Positions 25,066 through 36,403 of a DNA stretch of 64,000 bases are shown piece by piece. A program made the translations under genes and the position numbers. The stretch comes from Candidatus Stammera capleta. Lineage in GTDB: Bacteria; Pseudomonadota; Gammaproteobacteria; Enterobacterales; Enterobacteriaceae. The stretch lies in contig CP144815.1 of NCBI GenBank assembly GCA_036689405.1, positions 159,073-223,072 of the forward strand, given 5' to 3'. Each line of letters starts with the position of its first letter. Positions within the stretch are counted from its first letter, which is position 1. The notes under the pieces were generated by a model that saw only the letters and a list, made by a program, of their open reading frames with translations, ran no database searches and had not been told where the DNA came from.

Positions 25066-25743
25066 ATGTATTATGACATAAATAAAAAATTAAATTTATA
25101 TATATATAAAATATATTTTTTTAAAAAAAAAAATAAAAAAAAAATATTAAAATTTTTTAATCAAAAATATAATTTTTATAATTTAAAAAAAATATTTAAA
25201 AAAATATCATTAATTATTAATAATAAAATATTAAATATATATAAAAAAAAAGAATATTATAATAATAATAAAATATTATATAACTTAATATTACAATTAA
25301 ATAAAGGTCATATATATATATATATATATTATAATTATATTAATAATAAAATTTTTATTATTAAAATAGATTTAGAATTATATATATATAATATATATTC
25401 ACCTTTAAAAGGTATAAATTACTTAATTTCAAAATTTAAATCAGATTTAATAATAATTAATTATAAAATACAAGGATATATAAAAAACAAAAAAAAAAAT
25501 TTTTTAAACTATAAAATTAATTCTTTACAAAATTTTATATCAAAAAAATATAAAAATATTTATGATATTTTAGATATAAATATATATAATGAAAATATAT
25601 TTCATACAAAAATGATAATTAAAAAAATAAATATAAAAAATAATATTTTTAATTATAAAAATAATAAATTTAATAAAAAAAAAAAAATATATATATTAAA
25701 ATTAATATGAAAAAAAATTAAAAAAATATATTATAAAAAATAA
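25066..25743 (+). CDS. Hypothetical protein (~225 codons, K/N/I/Y-rich, no motif I can recognise)
   Basis: The frame is open from ATG 25066 (one TGA at 25708-25710) to TAA 25741-25743. In DNA this AT-rich, TAA is expected roughly every 10-12 codons in non-coding frames. A 225-codon open sense-strand frame in a gap between glnS and map is therefore very unlikely by chance. No Cys, very few Gly, and no nucleotide-binding or catalytic signature seen. Confidence 0.55.
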
Positions 25744-25755
25744 TATTAAAAAAAA

Positions 25756-26499
25756 TTATAAAGTTAAAATTTTATAACCATTTTTAGTCACTAAAATAGT
25801 ATGTTCATATTGAGCTGATAAATTATTATCAATAGTTTTAACAGTCCATCCATCTTTATCAATATAAGTTTTATTACTTCCTATATTAACCATAGGTTCA
25901 ATAGTAAAAATCATACCAGTTTTCATACGTAAATTATAATTATTTTTATAATGTAAAATTTGAGGAAACTCATGTAATTTTCTTCCTACTCCATGACCAC
26001 AATAATTTCTAACTATAGAATAACCATAATATTCTATATAATTTTGTATATTTTTACCAATTAAATTAATTTTATTACCATTTTTTACATATTTAAGAGC
26101 ATAAAAAATACTATTATAAGTAATAGTACATAATTTTAAAACATTTATATTAGGTGTACCAACAAAAAACATTTTAGAACAATCAGAATAATATTTATTT
26201 TTACAAATAGAAATATCAATATTTATAATATCTCCATTTTTTAAAATACAATTATAACTTGGTATTCCATGACATACTACATTATTTACAGAAGTACATA
26301 TAGATTTAGGATAATTCATATATCCTAATACTGCAGGATAAGCCTTATAATAATTTATAATTTTATTATGACATTTATCATTTATATAACCAGTTGAAAT
26401 TCCATGTTTTATATATTTTGAAATATATAATAATAAATTTTTTACTATATTACTTACTATAATCATATTTTTAATATCTTTATTATTTTTAACTATCAT
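25756..26499 (-). CDS. map: Methionine aminopeptidase
   Basis: Single uninterrupted ORF. Motifs: VCHGIP, DIINIDIS, GHGVGRKLHE, FTIEPM, YEHTILVT. Uses TGG for Trp in DGWTV (25846-25848). Confidence 0.96.
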   Translation of the reverse strand: MIVKNNKDIKNMIIVSNIVKNLLLYISKYIKHGISTGYINDKCHNKIINYYKAYPAVLGYMNYPKSICTSVNNVVCHGIPSYNCILKNGDIINIDISICKNKYYSDCSKMFFVGTPNINVLKLCTITYNSIFYALKYVKNGNKINLIGKNIQNYIEYYGYSIVRNYCGHGVGRKLHEFPQILHYKNNYNLRMKTGMIFTIEPMVNIGSNKTYIDKDGWTVKTIDNNLSAQYEHTILVTKNGYKILTL

Positions 26500-26596
26500 A
26501 TAAATTAACCTTTTTAAAAATATTAATATATCTAAATAAAATATATGTATATAATAATATAAAAAATATATTTTTTAAAATAAACGGTAAAAAAAA

Positions 26597-27268
26597 ATGA
26601 TTAATTTTTCAATTAAAGAAATGATAAAAGCAGGTATACATTTTGGTCATCAAACAAAATACTGAAACCCAAAAATGAAACCTTATATATATACAAAATA
26701 TAATAAAATACATATTATTAATTTAAATAAAACTATTAAATTATTTAATATAGCAATTAAAGAATTAAAAAAAATGCAAAAAGAAAAAAAAAAAATACTA
26801 TTTATAGGAACAAAAAAACCTGCATCTAAAATTATTAAAAAAACAGCAATAATTTGTAATCAATTTTATATAAATAAAAGATGACTAGGAGGAACATTAA
26901 CAAATTGAAAAACAGTAAAAAAATCAATTAAATATTTAAAAAAATTAGAAAAAGAATATAAAATATTATTATTAAATAAATATATAAAGAAAAAGGAAAT
27001 ATTATTAAAAAAAAAAATATTAAAAAAACTTAAAAATAACCTAGAAGGAATAAAAAATATGAAAGGATTACCTGATGCTATATTTGTAATAGATTCAAAA
27101 TATGAAAAATTAGCAGTAAAAGAAGCAAAACAATTAAAAATAAAAATTTTTTCTATAATAGATACTGATAATAATCCAGATAATATAGATTATATTATTC
27201 CAGGAAATGATGATTCAATAAAATCTATAAAATGATATTTAAACATAATATGCAAAAAAATAAATTAA
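26597..27268 (+). CDS. rpsB: 30S ribosomal protein S2
   Basis: [23 protein letters not shown](TGA 26663-26665)NPKMKPYIY ... W(TGA)LGGTLTNW ... IPGNDDSIKSI matches E. coli S2. Stop is TAA 27266-27268. Confidence 0.95.
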
Positions 27269-28023
27269 AAGAAAATAAAATAAATTTAATTAAAAAAATA
27301 AGATATTTAACTAAAATAAGTATAATAAAATGTAAAAAAGCTTTAGAAAAAAACAATTATAACTTAGAAAAATCTTTAATATACTTAAAAAAAAAAAATA
27401 TAAATAATAAAAATAATTATCCTAAAGAAGGAATTATTTTTAGTAAAATTAAAAAAAATAATGTAATAATGATTAAACTACTTTGTGAAACAGATTTCAC
27501 AGCAAAAAATAAATATTTTAATAAATTTGCAAATAAAATAATAAATTTTTGTTTTAAAAAAAAAATAACAAAATTAAAAAAAATAAACAAATATTTTAAA
27601 AAAAAAATAAAATATTTAAAAATAAAATTTAATGAAAATATTATTATAAATAATATTTGTAATTTAAAAGGTAAATATATAAGAAATTATTTACATTATA
27701 ATAACAAAATAGGAACAATATTAAAAATAAATACAGATAAAATAAAAAATAAAAAAAAATATATTAAACAAATATGTATTCATATAACAGCAATGAATCC
27801 TAAATATATAAATATAAAAAATATACCATTAAATATAATAGAAAAGGAGAAAAAAAAAATATTAATTTATAATAAAAAAAATATTTATAATAAAATTAAC
27901 AAAAAACTTAAAAAAAAAACTTTATTAGAACAAAAATTTCTTTATAATAATAAAATTAAAGTAAAAGAATTTTTAAAAAAAAAAAATATAAAAATAATTA
28001 ATTTTTATAGATATGAAATATAA
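27250..28023 (+). CDS. tsf: Elongation factor Ts
   Basis: INLIKKIRYLTKISIIKCKKALEKNNYNLEKSLIYLKKK ~ E. coli EF-Ts N-terminal UBA-like domain ([20 protein letters not shown]). CETDFTAKN ~ CETDFVAK. ATG 27250 fits best; ATG 27232 is an alternative. Either start overlaps the rpsB 3' end. Confidence 0.88.
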   Translation: MQKNKLKENKINLIKKIRYLTKISIIKCKKALEKNNYNLEKSLIYLKKKNINNKNNYPKEGIIFSKIKKNNVIMIKLLCETDFTAKNKYFNKFANKIINFCFKKKITKLKKINKYFKKKIKYLKIKFNENIIINNICNLKGKYIRNYLHYNNKIGTILKINTDKIKNKKKYIKQICIHITAMNPKYINIKNIPLNIIEKEKKKILIYNKKNIYNKINKKLKKKTLLEQKFLYNNKIKVKEFLKKKNIKIINFYRYEI

Positions 28024-28058
28024 AAAATAGTATATTAAATATAATAATATAATAAATT

Positions 28059-28142
28059 GGAGGTATGGCCGAGTGGTTTAAGGCAACGGTCTTGAAAATC
28101 GTCAACGTTTATCGTTCGAGAGTTCGAATCTCTCTACCTCCG
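28059..28142 (+). tRNA. tRNA-Ser (anticodon UGA, reads UCN), long variable arm, no encoded CCA
   Basis: GGAGGTA acceptor pairs with TACCTCC, followed by discriminator G. Anticodon stem ACGGT/ATCGT carries loop CT-TGA-AA. Long variable arm; T-arm AGAGTTCGAATCTCT. It is a sharp GC island in an AT background. Downstream sequence is TTTAT, not CCA. Confidence 0.9.
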
Positions 28143-28351
28143 TTTATATTTTTTTTTAAAAAAAAAATAATTAAAAAATAAAAAAAAATAATTTATATTT
28201 AATAATAAAAATAATAAATAAAATATATATAAAAATTTTCAAAAATAATACTAATATATTTATATATATAAAAATATTAAAAATATAAAAAATTAAATAT
28301 TTAAATATTATAATAATAATGTAATTTTTTTTTATAATATAAATATATATT

Positions 28352-30058
28352 ATGAATATTAATAAAATTAAAAAAAAAATATTAAAAATTAAAAGAAAAA
28401 TAAAAATATTTTCTTATTATTATTTTTATAAAAATAAAAGTATTATATCAGATGAAAATTATGATATTTTATTAAAAAAATTAGAAAAATTAGAAAAAAA
28501 ATATCCATTTTTAAAATCTAAAAATAGTCCAACAAAAAAAATATATTATAAATTTATTAAAAATTTTCCAATTAAAAAACATAATATACCTATGTTATCA
28601 ATAAAAAATTTTTATTCATTTAATAAAATTTGTAAATATATAAATAGAATAAAAAAAAAACATAAAATAAAAAATTTTTGTTGTGAATTAAAAATAGATG
28701 GAATGGCTATTAGCTTAATTTATAAAAATAATATTCTATATAAATCTTTAACAAGAGGAAATGGTTTATATGGAGAAAATGTAATAAAAAATATAAAATA
28801 CATAAATTCAATACCTAAATATATAAATTCAAAAGATAAAATATATAATTTAGAAATAAGAGGAGAAATTTATATTTCAAAAAAAAATTTTTTAAAAATA
28901 AATAAAAATAAAAAATTTTCTAACAGTAGAAATATAGTTTCTGGAACAATAAGAAATTTAAATAAAAAAATAATAAGAAAAAGAAAATTATCATTTATAG
29001 CTTATGATATTATTATAAATAATAATAGAAAAAATTTTTTAACTCAATATGAAAGTTTAAAAAAAATAAAAAAATTAGGTTTTAAAATAGATAATAAAAC
29101 TAAAGTAATTGATAATATTAATAATATTAAAAAATATTATAATAAAATAAAAAAAATAAAAAAAAAAATAAAATTTGATATTGATGGAATAGTAATAAAA
29201 ATTAATAATAAATTTATACAAGAAAAAATAAAAAATAATAATAAATATATAAAATGATGTATATCATGAAAATTTAAATCAAAAAAAAAAATATCAAAAG
29301 TAAAAAATATAATTTTTAAAATGAGTAAAAACGGAACAATAATACCCATTATAATTATAAAAAAAATAAAAATACAAGGAACAAAAATTAAAAAAATTAA
29401 TTTATATAATTTAAATTTTTTAAATAAAACAAAAATAAATATTGGAGATAATGTTTTAATAGAAAGAAGTGGAAATGTCATACCTAAAATAATTAAAATA
29501 ATAAAAAAAAATAGTAAAAAATATTTAATAAAAAAATGTCCTTTTTGTAAAAAAAAAATAAATATTAATGAAAAAATACCAAAATGTTATTATAATAAAT
29601 GTTATGAAAAATTAATAAATAATATAATTTTTTTTTGCTCAAAAGAAGCATTTAATATAATAGGATTAGGTAAAAATATAATAAAAAAATTAATAAAATA
29701 TAAATGTATAAAAAATATAATAGATATATTTAAAATATCAAAATATAAATTAATAAAAATACCTAAAATTAAAGATAAATTATCAAATAAAATAATAAAA
29801 TCTATAAATATAGCAAAAAAAAAAGTAAAATTACACAATATAATAAATTCCTTATCAATTCCAAATATAGGAAAATATTATTCAATTAAAATAAGTAAAA
29901 ATATAAAATGCTTAAAAAATTTTATAAAATTAAATAAAAAAAATATTTTTTGTTTAAAAAATATAAATAAAAAAAAAAAAAAAATAATAATAAATTATTT
30001 AAAAAAAAAAAAAAATATAAAATTTTTAAAAAAATTAAATAAAATTTTATTTAATTAA
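28352..30058 (+). CDS. ligA: NAD-dependent DNA ligase (short form, ~568 codons, no BRCT domain)
   Basis: Track ORFs 28352-29257 and 29321-30058 are in one frame. Motifs: YYYFYKNKSIISDENYDILLKKLEKLEKKYP, adenylation motif CELKIDGMAISLIY, Cys4 zinc finger CPFCKK...KCYYNKC. The protein ends after the HhH region. Confidence 0.9.
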
Positions 30059-31450
30059 ATATTTTTTAATACAATATTTTATTCTTAATAATAATTTTTT
30101 TTTTTTTAGAAAAAAAATTATTTTAATAATATTTGGAGAAACTTCTTTGCCGGTTATAAAAAAATGTAAAATTTTAAATATATAACTTACTTTTAAAAAT
30201 ATAAATTCTTTAATTAAATTGTTTATACATAATTTAATATTTATAAAACTTCAAATAGATAAATTTAAAATTTTTTTATATAAATATGATAATATTAAAA
30301 AAGAATTTTTATTACTATATTTAATAATCAATAAAGAATTAAAATATATTTTTTTATTAAATATTAAACAAAAATTAACTATATCTTTAATTAAATAACT
30401 TTTAGATAATATAAAAGATATTATTTCATCTAAATTTTTAATATTATCTAAATATATTTTATTATTAATAATAAAATTTTTAAAATAAATTTTAAATTTT
30501 TTATAAGATATATTATATAAATAATATTTATTTAAAAATAAAATTTTTTTATTATCTATAATACAAGGTGACTTATTTAATTTAAATAAATTATTTATAT
30601 ATTTCATTTCATTAATATTATTAAATTTATAATTTATATTAAATCTACCTAAATTAAATAAATAATTTAATATAGAAATAGGTAAATATCCATCATAAAT
30701 ATATTTTTTTATATTAAATAAAAAATTTTTTTTAGATATTTTTTCTTTATTTGTATTTAATATAATAGGTAAATGAATATATTTAGGTATATTATAATTT
30801 AAAGATTTTAAAATATTTATTTGTTTAGGAGTATTATTTATATGATCTTCACCTCTTATAATATGACTAATAGACATATAATAATCATCAACAATTACAC
30901 AAAAATTATAAGTTGGCATTCCATTACTACGTTGAATAATAAAATCATCTAACTGATTATTATTAAAAATTATTTTTTTAAATATAATATCATTTAATAA
31001 TACATTACCATTTAATGGATTTTTAAATCTTATAACATAAGGTATATTTTTATAATTAAAAAATTTATTTCTACAAAAATTATCATATTTTGGTTTTAAA
31101 CCTTTTTTAATACATATATTACGTATATTATTTAATCTTTCAATAGAACAAAAACATTTATATGCTAAATTTTTAGATAACATATAATTTATCATATTTG
31201 TATATTTTTTAAGTCTATCAGATTGATAATATATTTCATCTCAATATAATCCTAATCATTCTAATGAATATAATATATATTCAGAATATTTTTTATTTAA
31301 TTTATTATATTCAGTATCTTCTATACGTAAAATAAATTTACCATTATTTTTTCTTGCGTATAATCAAGAATATAGCGCACTTCTTATATTACCTATATGT
31401 AAATATCCAGTAGGACTTGGAGCAAATCTTGTAATTACATTATTTATCAT
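30047..31450 (-). CDS. gltX: Glutamyl-tRNA synthetase
   Basis: [29 protein letters not shown](TGA)[17 protein letters not shown] ... AYKCFCS ... C-terminal [12 protein letters not shown]. The frame was followed through TGA 30251-30253 to TAA (tta 30047-30049). ~467 codons. Confidence 0.93.
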
Positions 31451-31538
31451 ATTTTTTATTTATAAAATTAATTTATATAATTTTATTATAATAACATTTA
31501 TTTTATAAAAATTATAATATAAAATATAATTAAAATAT

Positions 31539-33341
31539 ATGAAAAAAAAATATATAAGAAATTTTTCAATAATAGCTCATATAGATCATGGAAAATCAAC
31601 ATTATCAGATCGTATAATAGAAATATGTACTGGAATAAAAATAAATAAAAAAAATTCTAGAATTTTAGATTCTATGGAAATAGAAAAAGAAAGAGGAATA
31701 ACAATTAAATCACAAAGTGTATCTCTTAAATATAAATTAAATAATAAAAAATATAAATTAAATTTAATAGATACACCAGGACATATAGATTTTAATAACG
31801 AAGTGTCAAGATCATTATATATATGTGATGGAGCTTTATTATTAATAGATGCAACAAAAGGTATACAATCACAAACAATAACTAATTATAATATAGCTAA
31901 AAAATTAAATATAAAAATTATACCTATAATAAACAAAATCGATATATTATATAATGATATAAAAAATATAAAAAATCAAATTAAAAATATTTTAAAAATA
32001 AAAAAAAAAAAAATAATATTTTGTTCTAGTAAAAAGGGAATAGGAATAAAAAATATTATTATAAAAATTATTAATAATATTCCTTATCCAAAAGGAAATA
32101 AAAATTTACCACTACAAGCAATAATAATAGATTCATATTTCGATAATTATTTAGGAATATTTCTTTTAATTAAAATTATTAATGGAAATATTAAAAAAAA
32201 TGATATTATAAAAATAATAAATTTTAATAAAAAAAATTATCGTATAAAAACAATACATATATATATACCTAAAAAAAAAAATATAAATAAATTATATTGT
32301 GGAGAAATAGGATGAATATCATGTAATATAAAAATAACAAAATATTTTAATCCAATAGGAAAAATAATAACAAATTATAAAAATAAAGATTTAATAAAAA
32401 TATCTAAATTTAAAAAAATAAAACCACAAGTATATGCAAGTATATATCCTGAAAATAATAAAAATTTCCTATATTTTAAAAAATCAATTGAAAAACTAAG
32501 CTTAAATGATTATTCTTTTACTTTTAAACCAGAAAATTCTTATTTATTAGGAAATGGATTTAGATGTGGATTTTTGGGAATTTTACATATAGAAATTATA
32601 AAAGAAAGATTAGAAAAAGAATACAATTTAAATATAATAATTACTTCTCCAATGATATTATATAAAATAGTAACTAAAAAAAATAAAATTTTATATATAG
32701 AAAATCCAAATAAATTACCATTAAAAAATGAAATAAAAGAAATACATGAATCAATATCAATATGTAAAATAATTACTCCACAAATATATTGTGGGAAAAT
32801 AATAAATTTATGTATTAATAAAAGAGGAAAACAAAAAAAAATATTATATTATAATAATAATAATGTTTATTTAAAATATGAAATACCAACTTATGAAATA
32901 ATAACAAATTTTAGTAATATTATTAAATCAATCTCAAAAGGATATGCTTCATTTCAATATAAATTTAAAAAATATAAAAAATCAAATATTGAATTACTAG
33001 AGTTTTTAATAAACAATAATAAAATAGAAGGATTTTCTATTTTAATATATAAAAAAAATATAAAAAAATATAGCATAAATATAATAAATATAATAAAAAA
33101 AAATTTACAAAGACAACAATTTGAAATAAAGATTCAATCAAAATGTAATAATAAAATTATATTTTCATCTACAATTAAATCTTTTAGAAAAAATGTAATT
33201 TCAAAATGTTATGGAGGGGATATTACAAGAAAAAAAAAATTATTAAAAAAACAAAAAAAAGGAAAGAAAAAATTAAAAAAAATAGGAAATATAATAATTC
33301 CATCAAAAATATATTTTGAAGCATTAAAAAAAAAATTTTAA
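31539..33341 (+). CDS. lepA: Elongation factor 4 (LepA)
   Basis: IRNFSIIAHIDHGKSTLSDR, LIDTPGHIDF, NKID, GILHIEIIKERLEKEY, and the C-terminal CYGGDITRKKKLLKKQKKGKKKLK. Both track ORFs are in one frame. ~600 codons. Confidence 0.95.
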
Positions 33342-33342
33342 T

Positions 33343-34218
33343 ATGATATACAATAAAATATTATTTATATTAATATTAATTAATAGTAGTATATTACTAT
33401 ATAACAAATTATATAAAAAAAAATATTTTAATAATATAATTGATATTTTTCCTGCATTAATATTTATATTTATATTTAGATCTTTTATTTATGAACCTTT
33501 TCAAATACCTTCAGCTTCAATGTTACCAAATTTATTAATTGGAGATATGATATTAGTAAATAAAATTAAATATAATATAAAAAATCCATTTACAAATAAA
33601 ACTATATTTAATATAAGTAATCCAAAATATGGAGATATAATTGTATTCCAATATCCAAAAAATAAAAAAATATACTATATAAAACGTATAATTGGTTTAC
33701 CAAATGATAAAATTATTTATAATAAAAAAAATAAAAAAATTAGTATATATAAATATAATAAAAATAAAAAAAAATATTATAAAAAAAATATTGTAAAATA
33801 TAAAAATATAAAATTAAATAATTTAATAGAAGAAATATATATAAACAATAAAAATAATATATATGAAAATTTTTTTAATATAAAAAATATAAATTTTATT
33901 AATTTAAATAAAAAAATATTTTCAAAAATAATATTTTTAATAAAAAAAACAGAATATATAAAAAAAAAAAAATATAAAATATTATTAATTCCATATAAAA
34001 AAAAACACAATAAAAAAAATAAAATATGAATTATACCTAAAAATAAATATTTTGTTATGGGAGATTATAGAGATAATAGTAAAGATAGCAGATATTGAGG
34101 ATTTGTACATAAAAATTTAATTATAGGAAAAGCTGAATTTATATGAATGAGTATAAAAAAACAAGAAAATTGTTTACCAACAGGTATAAGATTTAATAGA
34201 ATAGGTAAAATTATTTAA
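33343..34218 (+). CDS. lepB: Signal peptidase I
   Basis: FQIPSASMLPNLLIGD (catalytic Ser), YIKRIIGLPND (catalytic Lys), W(TGA)IIPKNKYFVMGDYRDNSKDSRYW(TGA 34096-34098)GFV, IW(TGA)MS. Stop is TAA 34216-34218. Confidence 0.93.
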
Positions 34219-34225
34219 AAAATTT

Positions 34226-34906
34226 ATGACTAATAATATTAATTATTTAGAAAAAAAAATAAAATATAAATTTAATAATAAAAAAATACTATTTTTATCT
34301 TTAACACATAGAAGTTATAATAATAATCATAATGAAAGATTAGAGTTTTTAGGAGATTCAATATTAAATTTTATTATAACAAAAAAAATATATAAAAAAT
34401 TTCATAATCTTAAAGAAGGAATAATGACAAGAATAAGATCTAAATTAGTAAATAAAAAAAATTTATTTAAAATTGCAAATAAAATTAAATTATATAAATA
34501 TATATTATTAGGAAATGGAGAGATAAAAAATAATAAAAAAAACCATAAAAAATCTATTTTAGCAAATACATTAGAAGCTATAATAGGTGCTATATTTATA
34601 GATAGTAAAAGTATTAAAATAATAGAAAAAATAATAAAATATTTATTTTTTAAAAATCAAATATTAAATACAAAATATAATTATAAAGATTATAAAACTT
34701 TATTACAAGAATATTTACAAAAAATAAAATTACCATTACCTAAATATTATTTAGGTAAAATTAAAGGAAAAGATCATAAACAAATATTTACTATATATTG
34801 TAAAATAAATAATTTAAATAAAATTAATAAAGGTATAAGTTATAATAAAAAAAATGCAGAACAAATAGCAGCAAAAAATACATTAATAAATTTAGGATTA
34901 ATTTAA
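34226..34906 (+). CDS. rnc: Ribonuclease III
   Basis: Uninterrupted ORF. Motifs: ERLEFLGDSILNFII, the signature region, LEAIIGAIFIDS, and a C-terminal dsRBD (AEQIAAKNTLINL). Confidence 0.95.
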   Translation: MTNNINYLEKKIKYKFNNKKILFLSLTHRSYNNNHNERLEFLGDSILNFIITKKIYKKFHNLKEGIMTRIRSKLVNKKNLFKIANKIKLYKYILLGNGEIKNNKKNHKKSILANTLEAIIGAIFIDSKSIKIIEKIIKYLFFKNQILNTKYNYKDYKTLLQEYLQKIKLPLPKYYLGKIKGKDHKQIFTIYCKINNLNKINKGISYNKKNAEQIAAKNTLINLGLI

Positions 34907-35758
34907 ATGAAAAAAAAATGTATTTATGTTTCTATTATAGGTAGATCTAATGTAGGAAAATCTACTTTATTTAATAAATTGATAAATAAAAAAATATCTA
35001 TAATTTCTAAAAGAAAGAATACTACTAAAAAATATATTTTAGGTATAAATACAATAAAAAATAATCAATATATATATATTGATACTCCAGGTTTTAATAG
35101 CTATAAAAGTTTTAAAAAAATATTTTATAAAACATATTCTTTTTTAAATAAAAATAATTTAAAAAATAAAATAAATTTAATAATAATAATTATAGAAAAT
35201 AAAAATTTTTTTTATGAAAAAAAAATAATAAAGAAAATAAATATCAAAAATATACCATTATTAATTTTAATAAATAAAATGGATAAAATAAAAAATAAAA
35301 AAATTATACTTCCCTTTATAAAAATATTAAAAAATGATATAAAATACAAAGATATTATACCAATAACTATTAAAAAAAAAAAATATATAAAATATTTACA
35401 AAATATAATAAATAATTTCTTAATTGAATCTAAACATTACTTTAAAAAAAAAATAAAAACAATACATAATATAAAATTTATAATTAAAGAGATAATAAAA
35501 GAAAAAATTTTAAAATTTATAAGAGAAGAAATACCATATTCAGTACTAATAAAAATTAAAAAAATAATAAATTTAAAAAAAAAAAAAATAATCTTTTGTA
35601 ATATATATACAAAAAAAAAAAGACATATAAATATAATAATAGGAAAATCAGGTAAAAATATAAAATATATAAATAATTTATCTGAAATAGATATAAAAAG
35701 ATATTATAATAATAAAAAAAAAATAAAATTATTTATTCATATAAAAAATAAATGATAA
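34907..35758 (+). CDS. era: GTPase Era
   Basis: VSIIGRSNVGKSTLFNKL (G1), DTPGF (G3), INKMD (G4), and a KH-domain C-terminus. The gene ends ...IKNK-W(TGA 35753-35755)-TAA 35756-35758. The start codon abuts the rnc stop. Confidence 0.92.
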
Positions 35759-36402
35759 ACTGAAAAAATATTATAAATAAAGAAAAAAAAAAAAAATATT
35801 TTATAAAAATGAAATATTTTTTAGAAAAAGAATATAAATATAAAATAATATATCCTAAAAAAAATAAAATTTTTGAAGCATTTAAAATTACAAAATTTGA
35901 AAATATTAAAGTAGTTATTATAGGACAAGATCCTTATTGTAATAAAGGTCAATCACACGGTCTTGCATTTTCTTTATTACCTAATATAAAAATTACCCCA
36001 TCATTGTATAATATATATAAAGAAATAAAAAATGAATATCCAAATTATAAAATTCCTAAAAATGGTTATTTACTAAACTGAGCTAAACAAGGAATTTTAT
36101 TATTAAATAGTATTTTAACTGTCGAAAATAAAAAAATTTTATCTCATAAAAATATAGGATGAGAAATATTTACTGATAATATAATTAAATATATAAATAA
36201 ATATACTAATAATACTGTATTTTTATTATGAGGTAAATTTGCACAAAAAAAAAAAAAATTAATTAATAAAAATAAACATTTAATATTAATTTCTTCTCAT
36301 CCTTCTAAATACTCTTTTAAAAAAGGATTTTTAAATTGTAATCATTTTATAAAAACTAATATATTTTTAATTAAAAAAAAAAAAAACCCAATATTATGAT
36401 AA
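35752..36402 (+). CDS. ung: Uracil-DNA glycosylase
   Basis: MINW(TGA)KNIINKEKKKKYF ~ E. coli LTWHDVLAEEKQQPYF. Motifs: VVIIGQDPYCNKGQSHGLAFS, W(TGA)AKQGILLLNSILTV, FLLW(TGA)GKFAQ, SSHPSKYSFKKGFLNCNHF. ATG 35752 overlaps the era end; ATG 35809 is a possible alternative start. Confidence 0.88.
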
Positions 36403-36403
36403 T

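Noticed and set aside
27232-27249. The longer tsf start at ATG 27232, which overlaps the rpsB TGA-Trp codon.
   Set aside because: It is possible, but the six extra residues (MIFKHN) have no EF-Ts counterpart. ATG 27250 aligns better with the EF-Ts N-terminus. I kept it as an alternative only.
28149-28167. A T9-A10 self-complementary run directly after tRNA-Ser, considered as a possible intrinsic terminator.
   Set aside because: It is a pure A:T hairpin with no loop and no GC stem, so it is thermodynamically negligible. I do not consider it supportable as a terminator.
29137-29481. A 114-aa ORF on the minus strand, antisense to ligA. Similar antisense ORFs occur at 29602-29838, 12356-12640 (thrS), 5187-5426 (recB), 33777-34010 (lepB), 24615-24809 (glnS), 52604-52789 (prmB), 55390-55593 (ahpC) and 1666-1857 (holA).
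   Set aside because: They are shadow frames. The sense genes are dominated by AAA/AAT/ATA/AAG codons, whose complements (TTT/ATT/TAT/CTT) contain no stops, so long F/I/L-rich antisense frames arise automatically. They have no motifs, and each lies entirely inside a well-supported gene.
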